Part shown: in pieces, positions 47,981 to 60,573 of the stretch
Position numbering within the stretch: position 1 is the stretch's first letter
How the letters are laid out: every line of letters starts with the position of its first letter
The notes under the pieces: generated by a model
What the model saw: only the letters and a program-made list of their open reading frames with translations
What the model was told of the DNA's origin: nothing
The model's database searches: none
Assembly (NCBI GenBank): GCA_964016885.1
Contig: OZ024742.1
Coordinates: 208,196,001-208,260,000 of the forward strand
Source of the DNA: Eledone cirrhosa
Taxonomy: Eukaryota
Reading direction: 5' to 3'
Length of the DNA stretch: 64,000 nt
Program-made: the position numbers and the translations under genes

Positions 47981-48847
47981 CAATATATCAAAGAGGAAAA
48001 AATCACCCTTAAAAAATTGATATATAGATATGTTTATCTATGGTTGTATAATTCTCGGATAGGAAAGTCAATGTTGTAATTGTCACTCACTTCTCCTTAA
48101 ACTTACTTTAGCTCATTGTTTTTTTGTGTCTTGTTCACTTTAGTATCATAAATAGTAATTATAATGAAATAAGGAAATAATTACAATCATTTATTATAAG
48201 CAGAGAGTGGTTTTGTAATCTGACAAATATATCATTTAAAACTCATTTAAAAGACATTCGTCCAAACTTATGGATGTCATTTTGATGGATTTGTTATTTA
48301 TTTTGTTAAACATTTCTGAAAAATATATTGAGTTTCGAAGCTAATTTTATTTAATAGAAATAAGGATTCTACTGGTATTTACTGAAAATAATATATTCTG
48401 TGTTGTGTAAAGGAGCAAATTATCTAAGAGTTTTATGGTGGGGTAGATAACATCATAAAAGATCTGTGAGTTTATATGTAAAATTTTAACTTTTTTCATG
48501 TAACAAATCGGGATCAATGAATTTGTTTTGCAAGGTTTTAGATAAGAAATTGTGTGTTGAAACAAATAGTGTTATATTTGGAGAGGGTCATGTTGTTATA
48601 ATATATAGTAAAATATATAGTAAAACACAATCATTGTTTGTCTGGGTTGGTTTTCGCTTTAGTATATTTTATGTATCTATAATTAATTCAGCTGGAAATC
48701 AATGATTATCATTCATTGACCAACCGTTAAACAGAATACAGTTACTCAGATTTCTCAGACAATTGTAGCATTATCACTGATATTATTGTTTCCTCCCGTT
48801 GCATTGCTGTAATGTTTTCTTATTCTATTTTTATTTATGTATTAATT

Positions 48848-48882
<35 letters not shown>

Positions 48883-49254
48883 TTGTTGTTTCTGTTTGCG
48901 CATGCGTTGGTGTGCGTGTTTTTGTTTGGTCTATGTTCGTATCTGAGTCTGTATGTTATGTCATTCTATCTTTGGTCACTAGTATGTGTTTACGTGTGGG
49001 TGTTGTTTTTGTGTCTGTGTATATCTATTTATATTTATCTTAGATCACTATTGTGTGTATGTGTATGGTTGTCATTATTCTTATTGTATGACAAATAGAT
49101 GATATTTACCTGATAAACTAACATATTCAATACAATAATAAGCAGGGGTTTTAAAGTTTCAATATTCGAATATTATAATTATTCATGTAACAAAGCATAA
49201 ACGTATCCAGATTTAAATGCTACGGCGTAGAATACTACTCCTGACTAGAAGGCA

Positions 49255-49440
49255 ATCGTTTGGAAAGAAAGGGGAAAGTTAATGAAACCAACCTCAGTGT
49301 GTTTCTGGTACTTTATGTTATCGAGCCCTTATGGATAAAAGTCAAATCTGACCATGGCGGTATTTTAACTCAGAACGTAAAATGTCGTAACAATATGCTA
49401 CAAAGCATGTTGTCCGATGCCTTAACGACACTGCCATTCC
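49255..49440 (-). mobile_element. Degenerate SINE
   Basis: CTGGTACTTTATGTTATCGA...ACTCAGAACG...AAAGCATG blocks. Confidence 0.65.
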
Positions 49441-50553
49441 ACAACTCTGAAAAGATTTCCACTATAATAAGGACTATTTCTGTAGATATAATCTAAGCTA
49501 GTATCTTGAACAAGTGCTAAAGAAGTAGGTAGCAGTTATTCATAGACAATTATAGTGTGAAAACAATGATTTCAAAGTATGACTAATTGAATCTTTTGTT
49601 CCCACCAACTAGCTTCATACATCTATATATAGCACATATAGTTCTCTATAATTGCAGCTAAAATGAGTTTCTCTTCAACCTGTCAATGATTTCTGAAAGG
49701 AATCAAAGAGAAGGTTACATGTCATTTCCACATATATATTCTCATCAAGTGAATTCGATTAACTCTCTCAATACTTTATCTATATTTAACATTCGAAGTA
49801 TTCTTTCGTATATGAATATACAGCGAGAGAAAAAAATATCAAGATCTAGATCTGTCTGTCACTTTACATAACTTGGTAAACTTTCTACTATTTCTTCTCC
49901 CCATCCCTACTCCGCTTCCTTATTATTAGAATCGTCATATTTATCATCATCACTCATAACATCAATTTAGTATATGATTTCTCTGCGGCCTTCAGCGAAG
50001 CTTGTAAGATAGATTTGAGAATAACTATATATGTGTTTAATAAATGAATTTATACTTAGTTTAATTTAAAAGAAATTTCTTAAAAGTTCAACAAAGTTTC
50101 TGCTAAATCTTCGAAATGTTCAGACAATTAATATATAAGTATATTTTTCCGCGCGTATATTAGCTACTTTAATAAAGGGAACTCGATACAACCAGCAATG
50201 AAAATTGAACTACAAACTAGATTGACTGGCTATTCACAGATACTATGGCATAGATGTTTTATATATAAACACACATAGCTGCACATTTACAACATTCATT
50301 TATTGCATACACACACATATCGCTTTCTTTTACAAGTTTCAGCCATTGGACAGCAAATAAGCTGGGATACTGTCTTCATGGGATTTTTACTCTAGCACAT
50401 CGGCACCCGTACCCGTTTGCGTCTTTGAGACTGATACTTATTTTATAGGTCTATATTATTTTAATTACAAACATTTGAGTTTCGCCCAACAACGGTATCA
50501 TACGAATTAACATTAAAATTAGGCACGAAACATGGATGGACACATAAACGCGC

Positions 50554-50703
<150 letters not shown>

Positions 50704-50769
50704 ATATATATATATTTATGTATATGTATAAATGTCATATGTTAGTTCCACAACAAATTAGAAGACCAT

Positions 50770-51100
50770 ACCCGAGGATACGCGTTTCACCGAGCGGATT
50801 TTAAACCCCATGTATGGCATCCATAGAGGATATTGATATTTTCCGCCTATTGGATAACAGCAAGTAGATCTGATTGAAGGCATGTCCAGTCTCCCATTTC
50901 ATTGGTGACCATCTGGAGGTTGCAATCATCTGCAAAGTTTCTTAAGTTACTGTGCTTGAGGACGTCGATAATGACATTGATATAAATAATGAAGAGAAGT
51001 GGCAAATAACTTAATGATATGAGATGTGAGTGAAATGGTTTGGTGATTCACTTCAAGACACTTGTTTCCCTTTTTGAAAACTGAGGCAACAGATTAGGAC
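50770..51100 (-). mobile_element. CR1/L2-like RT fragment
   Basis: Minus strand reads PLLFIIYINV...NFADDCNL. Confidence 0.65.
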
Positions 51101-51126
51101 AGAAATCTTTTAGGGATACTTATATA

Positions 51127-51186
<60 letters not shown>

Positions 51187-51759
51187 GTAGATTCCCGAGT
51201 TGTGTCGTGGTGTAACAACAATTATAAAAGGTACTCGATATAGAATGTAGAGATTTTTTATTATATATAGAAATTCCTTTTAGAGGCCAAGAACTGTTTC
51301 ATTTGTATGAAGTCATTTCTATGTATATTAAATATATATATATATATATACGCGCGCGCGTGTGTGTCTGTCTACCCGTCTCTACGCGTGTTTGTACAAA
51401 CATGTAAAAAGATATATTTATTTGACACATTATACGTAAAAACATAATACAAATATTTACGAACAATGATTTAGCTCAAATATATGACTCATATGTAATT
51501 ATTCCCATTTATAGATATACAATTAAATATTTTCGCCAAAATAACTAGCCACACAAATGTATGTATGCACGAACATTTTTGAATAAAGTAACACGCTGCA
51601 ATACATATACCATTTGTAGTTAAAGTCCTTTCGTGTCTGTTAAAAACTTAAATGTCTTGAAAATAACTATAGGTTTCACGCTATCTAATTCTATGCTCTG
51701 TTAAATTGGTTTTCTCTAGACTATATTTCAAAATCACCAAAATTAGCGTGACTAATAAA

Positions 51760-51760
51760 T

Positions 51761-51800
<40 letters not shown>

Positions 51801-51810
51801 GGTGCTGGTG

Positions 51811-51873
<63 letters not shown>

Positions 51874-51912
51874 TTGGTGGTAGAAGTAATAGTAGTAGTA
51901 GCAGTAGTAGTA
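51760..51912. repeat. (TAG)n/(TGG)n microsatellite
   Basis: Direct reading. Confidence 0.95.
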
Positions 51913-51939
51913 CAAGATTATTTGTGCCTGCTTGCACCG

Positions 51940-52710
51940 CAAATGCAAGAAAGAGGACTTATTTCCAAGTCAAGATTCATAGGCCTCCTTCTTTGCCCGG
52001 ATGGCATCTCTGACCGCTTGATTTAACCAAGCTCTCATCCTTCAACCCGGCGCAACACCAAGCCTCTTTCACCCGCAGCATTTAACAACTGAAGCAGAAA
52101 CTGCTGAGATAAACAAACCCCACTCTGTCTCAATGTCCCTAGTTTGCTCAGGGAGTTCTCTGAATTTGGATGCAATAGTATTTGCATACCTGATAATGAC
52201 TTCCTTATCTACCCTCTTCATCCTGTAGGTCGCACAGGACCTGCAAGTTCTGTAGGCTTCTTTACTTTAGTTAGTCTCAAACTGCAGATAAGTGCATGCG
52301 GATCGGTTGACAGCTCAGACACTCTCTTAAAAGCAACATCCAGCATCTAAGAGATCATAGACAATAACAAAATCAATTGATCTCTGTCCCCAATACCCCT
52401 TATACCATGTATATTTATGGATGTCTCTATGCTGGAAGAATGTGTTCACAATAGAGTTCATTGCTAGAACAGAGGTCTAATAATGTCTTTCCATTCATAT
52501 TTAGATCGGAGTCGCTATTATTTCGTATCACTCCTTTCCATTGTGAAATGGTCAGATCCAATATGTGACACAGTCTTAACTACAAGTAACGCTGCAGTGA
52601 CTTCAAGGAAGAGCCTGTATTCGAACTCCTTGTTTGGTGTACAAATTTGCACAACCCGAGAGACCTATCTTTCAGCATAACCTGCAAGAGGCAAATCCTC
52701 CCTCATTTTT
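51940..52710 (-). mobile_element. Degraded RTE-like APE endonuclease region
   Basis: Minus-strand remnants resembling MNSIVNTFFQH, SIDFVIVS, AELSTDPH and DIETEW. Confidence 0.55.
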
Positions 52711-52847
52711 GATTTAGAAATAAAGTACAATATTAAAAATGCCTTTTAATATACGCAACAAATGAAATTGTACACTTTAAATGTAATAAAACCTATACAC
52801 ACACGAACACGCACAGAGACATACACACATACACAGACATACACACA

Positions 52848-52911
<64 letters not shown>

Positions 52912-52914
<3 letters not shown>

Positions 52915-54145
52915 TTAGTTCTTAGTTCTTCCAGTCCCTTGTGGAACATTGGGCGACGAGCTTCCTCCACTTGATCCTGTCACTGGCGGCCTTTCTAGCA
53001 CCTCTCCAGGTAATTCCCATCTCCAGCAGGTCCTCCCTGAATGTGCTCCGCCATGTTTTTCGTGGTCTTCCCCGTTCTCTCCTGCCACCTTCTGGTACCC
53101 AATCCATGGCAATATGAGCAGGTCGATCTGTCGGCAAACGAAGGATGTGGCCCGCGAACCGCCGTCTCCTTTTCCGGACAATGTCCCTTAACCTCTCCAA
53201 TCCTGACCTCCTCATCACTTCCTCGTTGCTAACATGGTCTCTCCATGAAATGTTGAATATGGTCCAAATGCAATGATGGTGGAATACTCTTCCATGTCTC
53301 ACAGGCATATATCGCTGTTGGTACTACAATGGACATGTAAACACGGAATTTGACGGCGTTGCCGATGGAACACCTGGACCATACCGGACGGAGTCCCTGG
53401 AAGACCGCCGCTGCTTTTCCCAGCCTTGTGCGCACATCCACCTCAACATCCCATCGTCAGATCATGTTGCTATCAGTGCCAAGGAAGGTATTCTGCACAG
53501 TTATCCTGAACCAGCTAAGTGCAGATATAGATCGTCATCTCCGAGACGAACAGGCTGGCTTCCGCAGTGGAATGTCTTTTTCAGAGCAGATCTTCACTCT
53601 CCGAAATATCATTGAACAATGTCGAGAGTTCCACAAGTCCCTTGTTGTCAACTACATTGACTTCAGGAAAGCTTTCGACAGTGTTCATCGGGAGTCATTG
53701 TGGAAGATTGTAAGACTCTACGGTGTCCCAGGGAAATATATTAACACCTTCAGGTCGCTGTACCGACATTCCAGGTGCTGCGTTACGACAAAGGACGGAA
53801 ACACGGAAATGTTTGACATCTTGACGGGTGTTCGACAAGGCTGCATCCTTTCGCCTTTCCTTTTCCTCATTGTCATCGATTTTATCATGAAGAAGAAAAT
53901 GAGTGACCCTCGTTTTGGCATCAGTTGGGATGGAAGGAGATTAAGCGACCTGGACTTTGCCGATGACATTGCAGTGATAGGCCATTCCCAAGAAGACCTG
54001 CAAGAGATGACAAACGTTATAATTGGCAATGCAGAGAAAGTTGGCCTGCGCATCAGTTGTGAAAAAACCAAGACCGTGTCGACAGGTGACCCTCCAAATC
54101 CCCCTCTCATGGTTGGTCAGCGTAACATTGAATGTATAAACCATT

Positions 54146-54150
<5 letters not shown>
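52912..54150 (-). mobile_element. RTE-clade element with 5' inversion (3' part 52912-53455 on -, RT core 53460-54150 on +) inside (TA)n
   Basis: Minus strand: RTRLGKA..YACETW..RFAGHILR..RGRPRKTW with an (AAGAACT)n tail. Plus strand: EQAGFRSG, DFRKAFDSV, GVRQGCILSP, DFADD. Confidence 0.92.
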
Positions 54151-54195
<45 letters not shown>

Positions 54196-54351
54196 CCAGG
54201 GAGTGTAACGTGGAGTTACTGTAGGTTCACCCGGGTGAGAACTCGATGTTTAGGTTCACTTCAGTGTCGAGCTGTAGAGCTAGACTGGGTGTATTATAGT
54301 GAAATAAAATAACAAGGACGATTGGTTACTCCTTCATTACGTTTATTGGTT

Positions 54352-54437
54352 GGTGACGCGCGTTTCGCCACCGATCAGCTGACGGTTCGAACTGTATCGA
54401 TCTAGCTCGACACTGTAATCCACCGCTCATCAGACCC
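54352..54437 (-). ncRNA. Hammerhead ribozyme motif in a Penelope/retrozyme-like LTR
   Basis: Minus strand reads GGT-CTGATGA-GC..(long insert)..GC-GAAA-CGCGC-GTC-ACC. Palindromic stem III ACGCGCGT. Confidence 0.7.
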
Positions 54438-54443
54438 CTTACG

Positions 54444-54682
54444 ATGGATCCCAGACAATATTAATATACGTCTGGATTGGTCATCAGACAGAGATGTTAT
54501 GGATAAAAAATATGAAATGAGATTTAAAATCTGTTAAAAATTGGAAGTGAGGCTGGAAAAAAAACATTTCCAGCCTCACTTCCAATTTTTAACAGATTTT
54601 AAATCTCATTTCATATTTTTTATCCATAACATCTCTCTCTGATGACCAATGCAGACGTATATTAATATTGTCTGGGATCCAT
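54444..54682. repeat. Near-perfect palindrome (arms ~115 bp, loop under 10 nt)
   Basis: ATGGATCCCAGACAATATT...GGCTGGAAA pairs with TTTCCAGCC...AATATTGTCTGGGATCCAT. Confidence 0.95.
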
Positions 54683-54743
54683 ACACTTTTGGTAATGGGG
54701 TAGTTATATTTTGTGTTGTTCATTTACTAACTAACTATATATA

Positions 54744-54796
<53 letters not shown>

Positions 54797-54884
54797 ATGA
54801 GTTATATGCTATGTTGATAAATATTTGATAAATATTTCATAAATATTTGAGTATTACAACAAAAATAATAATAATAATAATAAT

Positions 54885-55029
54885 TGTTTCTACTTTAGGC
54901 ACAAGGCCAGCAAATTACCCAGTGCATTACTCGTACTTTATTTTATCGACCCCGTAAGGATGAAAGGCAAAGTCAACCTCGGCGGGATTTGAACTCAGAT
55001 GTTAAAGGGACGTAACTATGCTGGAAAGC

Positions 55030-55091
<62 letters not shown>

Positions 55092-55629
55092 CGTTTCTTT
55101 TTGCACAAGGCCAGCAATTATCCCAGTGTATTACTAGTACTTTATTTTATCGACCCCGTAAAGATGAAAGGCGAAGTCAACCTCGGTGGGATTTGAAATC
55201 AGATGGTAAAGGGACGTAACTATGCTGAAAAGCATAATAATAATAATAATAATAATAATAATTGTTTCTACTCTTTGCACAAGGCCAGCAATTATCCCAG
55301 TCTATTACTAGTACTTTATTTTATCGACACCGTAAGGATGAAAAGCAAAGTTAACCTCGGCGGGATTTGAATTCAGAATGGCAAGGGCCGTAACTCTATG
55401 CGTCAAAGTATGGCGTCCTACCCTCTACCAATACTGCCAATCCAATAATAATTGTTTCTACTTTTGGCACAAGGCCAGCAATTGCCATTACTGGTACTTT
55501 ATTTTATCGACCCCGTAAGGATGAAAGGCAAAGTTAACCTCAGCTGGATTTGAACTCAGATCATAAAGAGATAACGTAATTTTATTCTTCAAATGATGGT
55601 GTCCGACTCTCTACCGATACTGCCAATCC
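54885..55629 (-). mobile_element. Array of four SINE copies (54885-55031, 55092-55234, 55263-55444, 55453-55629) separated by (AAT)n
   Basis: Four reverse-complement matches to the 46427 SINE. The first two are 5'-truncated at the same point. Confidence 0.93.
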
Positions 55630-55640
55630 AATAATAATAA

Positions 55641-56825
55641 TAGTAGGAATGTCATAAGTGCAGTAAATTCCCGAGCTGTGTCTATTATTAGGTACAGTAC
55701 GAATTCGGAAATTGAATGTTGCTGAACAAAAAGAAATCGATAGGAAGACTAGGAAGCTATTGACTATCTACAACATGTTCCACAGGAGGAGTGATGTTGA
55801 TAGACTCTACTTAAGGATATCTGAAGGTGGAAGAGATCTTATCAGCATAGAGGACTGTGTTCAGATGGGGAAAAACACCATGTACAAATATGTGGCTGAT
55901 AGTAGGGAGCCAATGCTCAAAATCGTACTGAAGGAGAAGACAGTAGACCAGGGGAGGTGCAAGGAGGAAATAACAACAAGGAAGAAGAGCAACCTTCATG
56001 AAAAATCCCTTCGTAGCACTATCTTTAAGAAAACAGAATTTAGATAGCCACAGACATGGAACCGGTTAAAAAGAGGAGACCTTAAAAAAGCTACAAAAGG
56101 AATGGTAATGGCTGCGCAAGAGCAAGCTCTAAGAACGAAGTGGGTGAAAAACCATATTGACAAGAAGCAGGCTAGCTCACTGTGTAGGATCTGTGAAGGG
56201 AGAGAGGAGACTGTGGCTCACATTGTATCCGAGTGTAAACACCTAGCCCAGACTCACTATAAAGGCTGGAGACATGATGTGATGGGCAGGGTGATCCGCT
56301 GGAATCTATGCAAAGTAAACAATTTACCACATTCTGAGTGGTATGAGCATAAGCCAGAGTAGGTGATAGAAAACGATCAGGTGAAGGTGCTATGGGATAT
56401 GAGGATACAGGCGGACAAGAAATTAGAACGCAATAGGCTACACCTGGTGATTTTGGACAAGGAAAAAGATCGTGGTAGATTGTAGATGTAGCCTGCCCAT
56501 TTGACACGAGAGTGCAAGAAAAGGAGAGGGAGAAAATTAACCGATACCAGGATTTAAATTGGGAGTTTAAAAGGATTTGGAACTGCCATGAAATCAAGGT
56601 CGTCCCGATTGTCATAGGCGCACTAGGCACTACCTCAAAGAGTTTCCAATGACGGTTAAAGAAGATTAGTCCAGCCCCGCTTTTTGGAACACTTCAAAAG
56701 GCATGCTTACTGGGAACAGCAAGAACCCTCCGATATGTCCTGAATGTCTGAGGCTGCAGGTAGCGGCTTGATATTCATTTCAACAAACATTTCAGTTAAA
56801 TAACATCAATGACTGAGATTCAAAG
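55641..56825 (+). mobile_element. R4/Dong-like family D2, second 5'-truncated copy
   Basis: Colinear with the reverse complement of ~6962-8160. (AAT)n at both ends. Confidence 0.92.
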
Positions 56826-56834
56826 AATAATAAC

Positions 56835-56874
<40 letters not shown>

Positions 56875-57119
56875 TTTTCTTTATTAACCACAAGGGTTCA
56901 CATAAAGTAGACATTAAGGACAGTACAGGACAATACAGGACGGTACAAATGGGCATTTCTGCGTGTAAAAAAAACAGAGGTTGAAATAAAATAACAAAGA
57001 AAAAAATTCCCCAATAGGGGGGAGACTTCCAAGGGACATTTGTGGAGAAAGCCCATTAAAAGACCACAGTGGCCCTGACCACCAGGGCAAGTGCCATCTC
57101 CCAGTTTTCCACCTTTAAT

Positions 57120-60100
57120 TTACAGACACATACTCAGAGAAGGCCCATTCATTCGGGCCATACTTGCTTCTCTCACCCATCTTTCAACAAAATGCTGGGA
57201 AGAGAGCACTTCCCTCTCTACCCTGATTTTCCTTTTCAAATGAAATTTGAAAAAGTTAATCAGGGCATCACCGAAGAGGTAAGTGCTCGTCTTCAGCCCT
57301 TTCAAACGTGTCCACCATACTATCTCTTTCGCCATGGCCACCAGACAGATAAAAACTGCCTGCCCTTCCAGGCTAAAGGAAGGGGGCGGGGCAATCCTCA
57401 CGATGGACTCAGCTGATAGCTGGATAGGTCCTACACGTGACAGCAGGTGTTCGACATAAACCCACAAGTCAGCAATGCTCGGACACTGGACGAGTGCGTG
57501 CAGGACGGTTTCGTCGCCCTGCGCGCATCTCGGACATGCCCGGCTGACGGCACCTCCATGCCTGTAGAGTTTATCCCGAACTGGCAAAGCTCCTCGGTAG
57601 CACTGCCAGGCCAGGGATTTCTGGAAGTTGTCCATAGGCCCCGGCCCGAAAGTCCTTCCGAAGAGATTGGCTAGTTGATTTTCGTCGACGCCTAGAGTTT
57701 CTCCAAGTACGTCGTCGTTCTTCCCCTCCACTAATCCCCTATAGAACGCCAAGGTGGAGTTTCCACCGATCACATTGCCCGATTGGTCGAGGGCTGTGAG
57801 CGCCTGATGACATTCCAGCCTCCAAGCGCTCCCTCTCGGTCTTCGCTTGACCCAGGACTGCAGCTCCGTCAAGGAGACGAGCTGGGGAAAAACGTGTCTT
57901 GCAAACGGCGACCACACCTGATCACCGTCGAGGAAGAGGTGGAGATGTCGTAGCCTCAGCGCGTGTCTGCGCATCATCAGCCACGGCATGCCCAGCCCTC
58001 CACGTAGCGGGTGTTGACAGCAGATGGACCGCCTGACCATCGGAGCGCGTCCCTTCCACAAGAAGCGAAAGAGCAAACGCTCAAGCGCAGTCAGGCGGAG
58101 CTTAGGGCAAGGTACGACGGTCAGGCGGTAGTAGATGACGGATGCGATGTACGCATTCGCCACCTCCGCTCGACCTTTCAGGGATAGCTTCCTCTCGGCC
58201 CATTTCTGGGTGAGAGAAGCCACCCTGCTCGTCACCTCGTCCCAGTTTTTGTCCGTCTGGAGGTCTGGACCGAACCAGACCCCTAGCAATTTAACCGGTC
58301 CGTCCGTCCAGCGCCCGACGACGCTGTTGGACGGCATGGACCTGCCTCTCCAGGTGCCGAGCTGCAGGCCCACTGACTTTTCCTGGTTGATCATTGCTCC
58401 TGTCACCGCTTCGTATTCTCTTAGTGTAGTGCCGATCGCCTCGATGTGTTTGGCGTTCGACACCACTACGGTGACATCGTCGGCATATGCTGACACGGAT
58501 CTTCCGCATCCTAGTTGGCGCGGGACCCCCCTCAACGTCTCCAGTTTGTGCAGTAATGGCTCGAGAGTCAATACGTACAATAGGGACGAGAGGGGACATC
58601 CTTGGCGGACCGAGCGCATGATGTTGAACGGTTCCGAAAGGTGACCGTTCACTCTCACTACAGAGCAGATGTCGCTGTGCATGGCAGCGATCCAGCCTCT
58701 GAAGACGGGCCCAAAGCCAGCCGCCCTCAGGACTGCCGTTAGGTAACGATGGTCGACCCTATCGAAGGCTTTCGACTGATCTAAATTGATCAAAGACCCA
58801 CCCGTGCCAGGTTCCCTAGCTACCCTCTCTACGATGTATCGCATGAGGTGGAGGTTGTCGTGGATGGATCTGTCGGGAATGGCGCATGTCTGTGCCTCTC
58901 CCACCAGACCACCACCGACAAGCGCCAACCTCTTTGCTAGCCACTTGGCCAAAATCTTGAACTCTGTGTTTAGCAGAGTTATGGGCCTAAAATTATCTAT
59001 GTTATCCCCCTTGTTCGGATCCTTTCTCAGCAGCGCCACCGCTCCCCGGCTCACAGAGCTGGGAATTTTCCCGTTCTGTTGCCAGTTGCAGTAGACGTCC
59101 GCCAAGAGGCCTCCGAACAAGTTTGGCATTTGTTCGTAAAGTTCATAGGGCAGACCATCCAAACAAGGCGATTTACCCCTTGTGCAACTAGTCATTGCAT
59201 CCCGTACTTCAGCGGTTGTTATCGGCTTTTCGCAACACTCCGCCTCAGTGGCCGAAAGCCGCGGCAGTCCGTCGAGGTAGACACTAAAGTCCATCCCTCG
59301 GTCCGGCCCGCCACTGCCCCCGAACAGTTGAGCGAAGTGTCGCTGAAAAGCTTCACACATTTTCCCGGGATCGAGTAGCATGCGCCCGTCGTGGTCAACC
59401 AAAGACCGGATCATGGCTTTGTTGCCACGACGCGCCTCCGCCACTCGGGCCCATTGAACGGCTTTCGTCCCCTCGTGTCTGAGAGCACGCACCCTAGCTC
59501 TGACAACGCGGCCTTCGTGCTTTGCATTGAAGAATTGGTCAAGGGCCAATTTCGCCGCAAGTACGTCGGTCGCGATGCCTTTGCTAAGCGCCTCATCTAA
59601 TTTTCTAACTAATTCTCCCTCTGCTCTATTTTTCTCTATTGCTAAAGTCTTACTAAACCTAATGGACTCTATTCTAATTGCTCTTTTCAGAGCAAACCAC
59701 CACTTGTTGTTGACGATGGCCCCCGTCAACGCCCGCTTAACTAGTTCGCTAATCCGGTCTCTGTAGGCCTTGCGCGCTGGTAAGGACGCGTTTAACTTCC
59801 AGTAGCCGGGTCCTCGTCTATGAAGCCTATCTAAGTCAAGCACACAGATCACGAATTTGTGGTCCGTGTAGCTGACTATCTTGAATTGTGGACAGCCTAT
59901 GCTAGACCTATCTATTTCCCTACAAAATACTCTATCTAGATATGATCTGGATGACCCTATGCGATTTGTCCAAGTCCACATTGGTACATTCGGGAAATCC
60001 ATTCGGTACCTGTCAGACAGTTCAAAACGTCTGAGCAGGTTGGTGAGACTCTTGCACCCTCCTTCCCTATCCACTAATCCCACACAATCCCAGCGTGCAT

Positions 60101-60539
60101 CTAAGATCCCGTTCCAGTCGCCCACTAACACTAAAGAGCGGGACGTTCCAAGAAAGGTCTCCAGACGCCGGAAGAAATCAGGCCGCCCTGCTCCTGTCGG
60201 GGCATAGACGGCCACTAACCTGAAAGCTTGCCCGTCTCCGCTGGTCACGTCCAGCACCACCAACTTATCTTCTGGGTCCAGGAAGATGGCCCGTATGGCA
60301 AGATCCAAACCTCTCCGAAAAAGCACAGCAACTCCTCCCCCCGATCCCGGACGGCTGGGAGATGCGTACACATCGTAGCCGCCGAAGATCGGTGCGAAAG
60401 CCTGTGCTTCGGAGATTCTGGTCTCGCTGATGGCCACTACATCTATGTTTAGTGACCTGAGGTCGTTGAGCAGGTGGCCCTGCTTCCATGACGACCCCAA
60501 GCCACGCGCATTTATGCTGCCTCTTCTGAGTGAGGTCAT
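57120..60539 (-). CDS. Tx1 ORF2 polyprotein, 1139 aa, uninterrupted (APE endonuclease, reverse transcriptase, zinc finger)
   Basis: SINARGL, SET, GDWN, SYLDR, TDH (APE); RQGCPLS, YADD (RT); CPRC..HALVQC. Confidence 0.96.
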   Translation of the reverse strand: MTSLRRGSINARGLGSSWKQGHLLNDLRSLNIDVVAISETRISEAQAFAPIFGGYDVYASPSRPGSGGGVAVLFRRGLDLAIRAIFLDPEDKLVVLDVTSGDGQAFRLVAVYAPTGAGRPDFFRRLETFLGTSRSLVLVGDWNGILDARWDCVGLVDREGGCKSLTNLLRRFELSDRYRMDFPNVPMWTWTNRIGSSRSYLDRVFCREIDRSSIGCPQFKIVSYTDHKFVICVLDLDRLHRRGPGYWKLNASLPARKAYRDRISELVKRALTGAIVNNKWWFALKRAIRIESIRFSKTLAIEKNRAEGELVRKLDEALSKGIATDVLAAKLALDQFFNAKHEGRVVRARVRALRHEGTKAVQWARVAEARRGNKAMIRSLVDHDGRMLLDPGKMCEAFQRHFAQLFGGSGGPDRGMDFSVYLDGLPRLSATEAECCEKPITTAEVRDAMTSCTRGKSPCLDGLPYELYEQMPNLFGGLLADVYCNWQQNGKIPSSVSRGAVALLRKDPNKGDNIDNFRPITLLNTEFKILAKWLAKRLALVGGGLVGEAQTCAIPDRSIHDNLHLMRYIVERVAREPGTGGSLINLDQSKAFDRVDHRYLTAVLRAAGFGPVFRGWIAAMHSDICSVVRVNGHLSEPFNIMRSVRQGCPLSSLLYVLTLEPLLHKLETLRGVPRQLGCGRSVSAYADDVTVVVSNAKHIEAIGTTLREYEAVTGAMINQEKSVGLQLGTWRGRSMPSNSVVGRWTDGPVKLLGVWFGPDLQTDKNWDEVTSRVASLTQKWAERKLSLKGRAEVANAYIASVIYYRLTVVPCPKLRLTALERLLFRFLWKGRAPMVRRSICCQHPLRGGLGMPWLMMRRHALRLRHLHLFLDGDQVWSPFARHVFPQLVSLTELQSWVKRRPRGSAWRLECHQALTALDQSGNVIGGNSTLAFYRGLVEGKNDDVLGETLGVDENQLANLFGRTFGPGPMDNFQKSLAWQCYRGALPVRDKLYRHGGAVSRACPRCAQGDETVLHALVQCPSIADLWVYVEHLLSRVGPIQLSAESIVRIAPPPSFSLEGQAVFICLVAMAKEIVWWTRLKGLKTSTYLFGDALINFFKFHLKRKIRVEREVLSSQHFVERWVREASMARMNGPSLSMCL

Positions 60540-60573
60540 GTTGAAAAGGAGTGGAAAAGATGGGAAAGACCAC

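Noticed and set aside
50770-50830. GAAACGCGTA (minus strand) as a hammerhead half
   Set aside because: No CUGANGA box or stem I partner, and it overlaps a CR1-like remnant.
54885-55629. CRISPR-like repeat/spacer appearance
   Set aside because: Units are SINEs and spacers are (AAT)n. Eukaryotic context, no cas genes.
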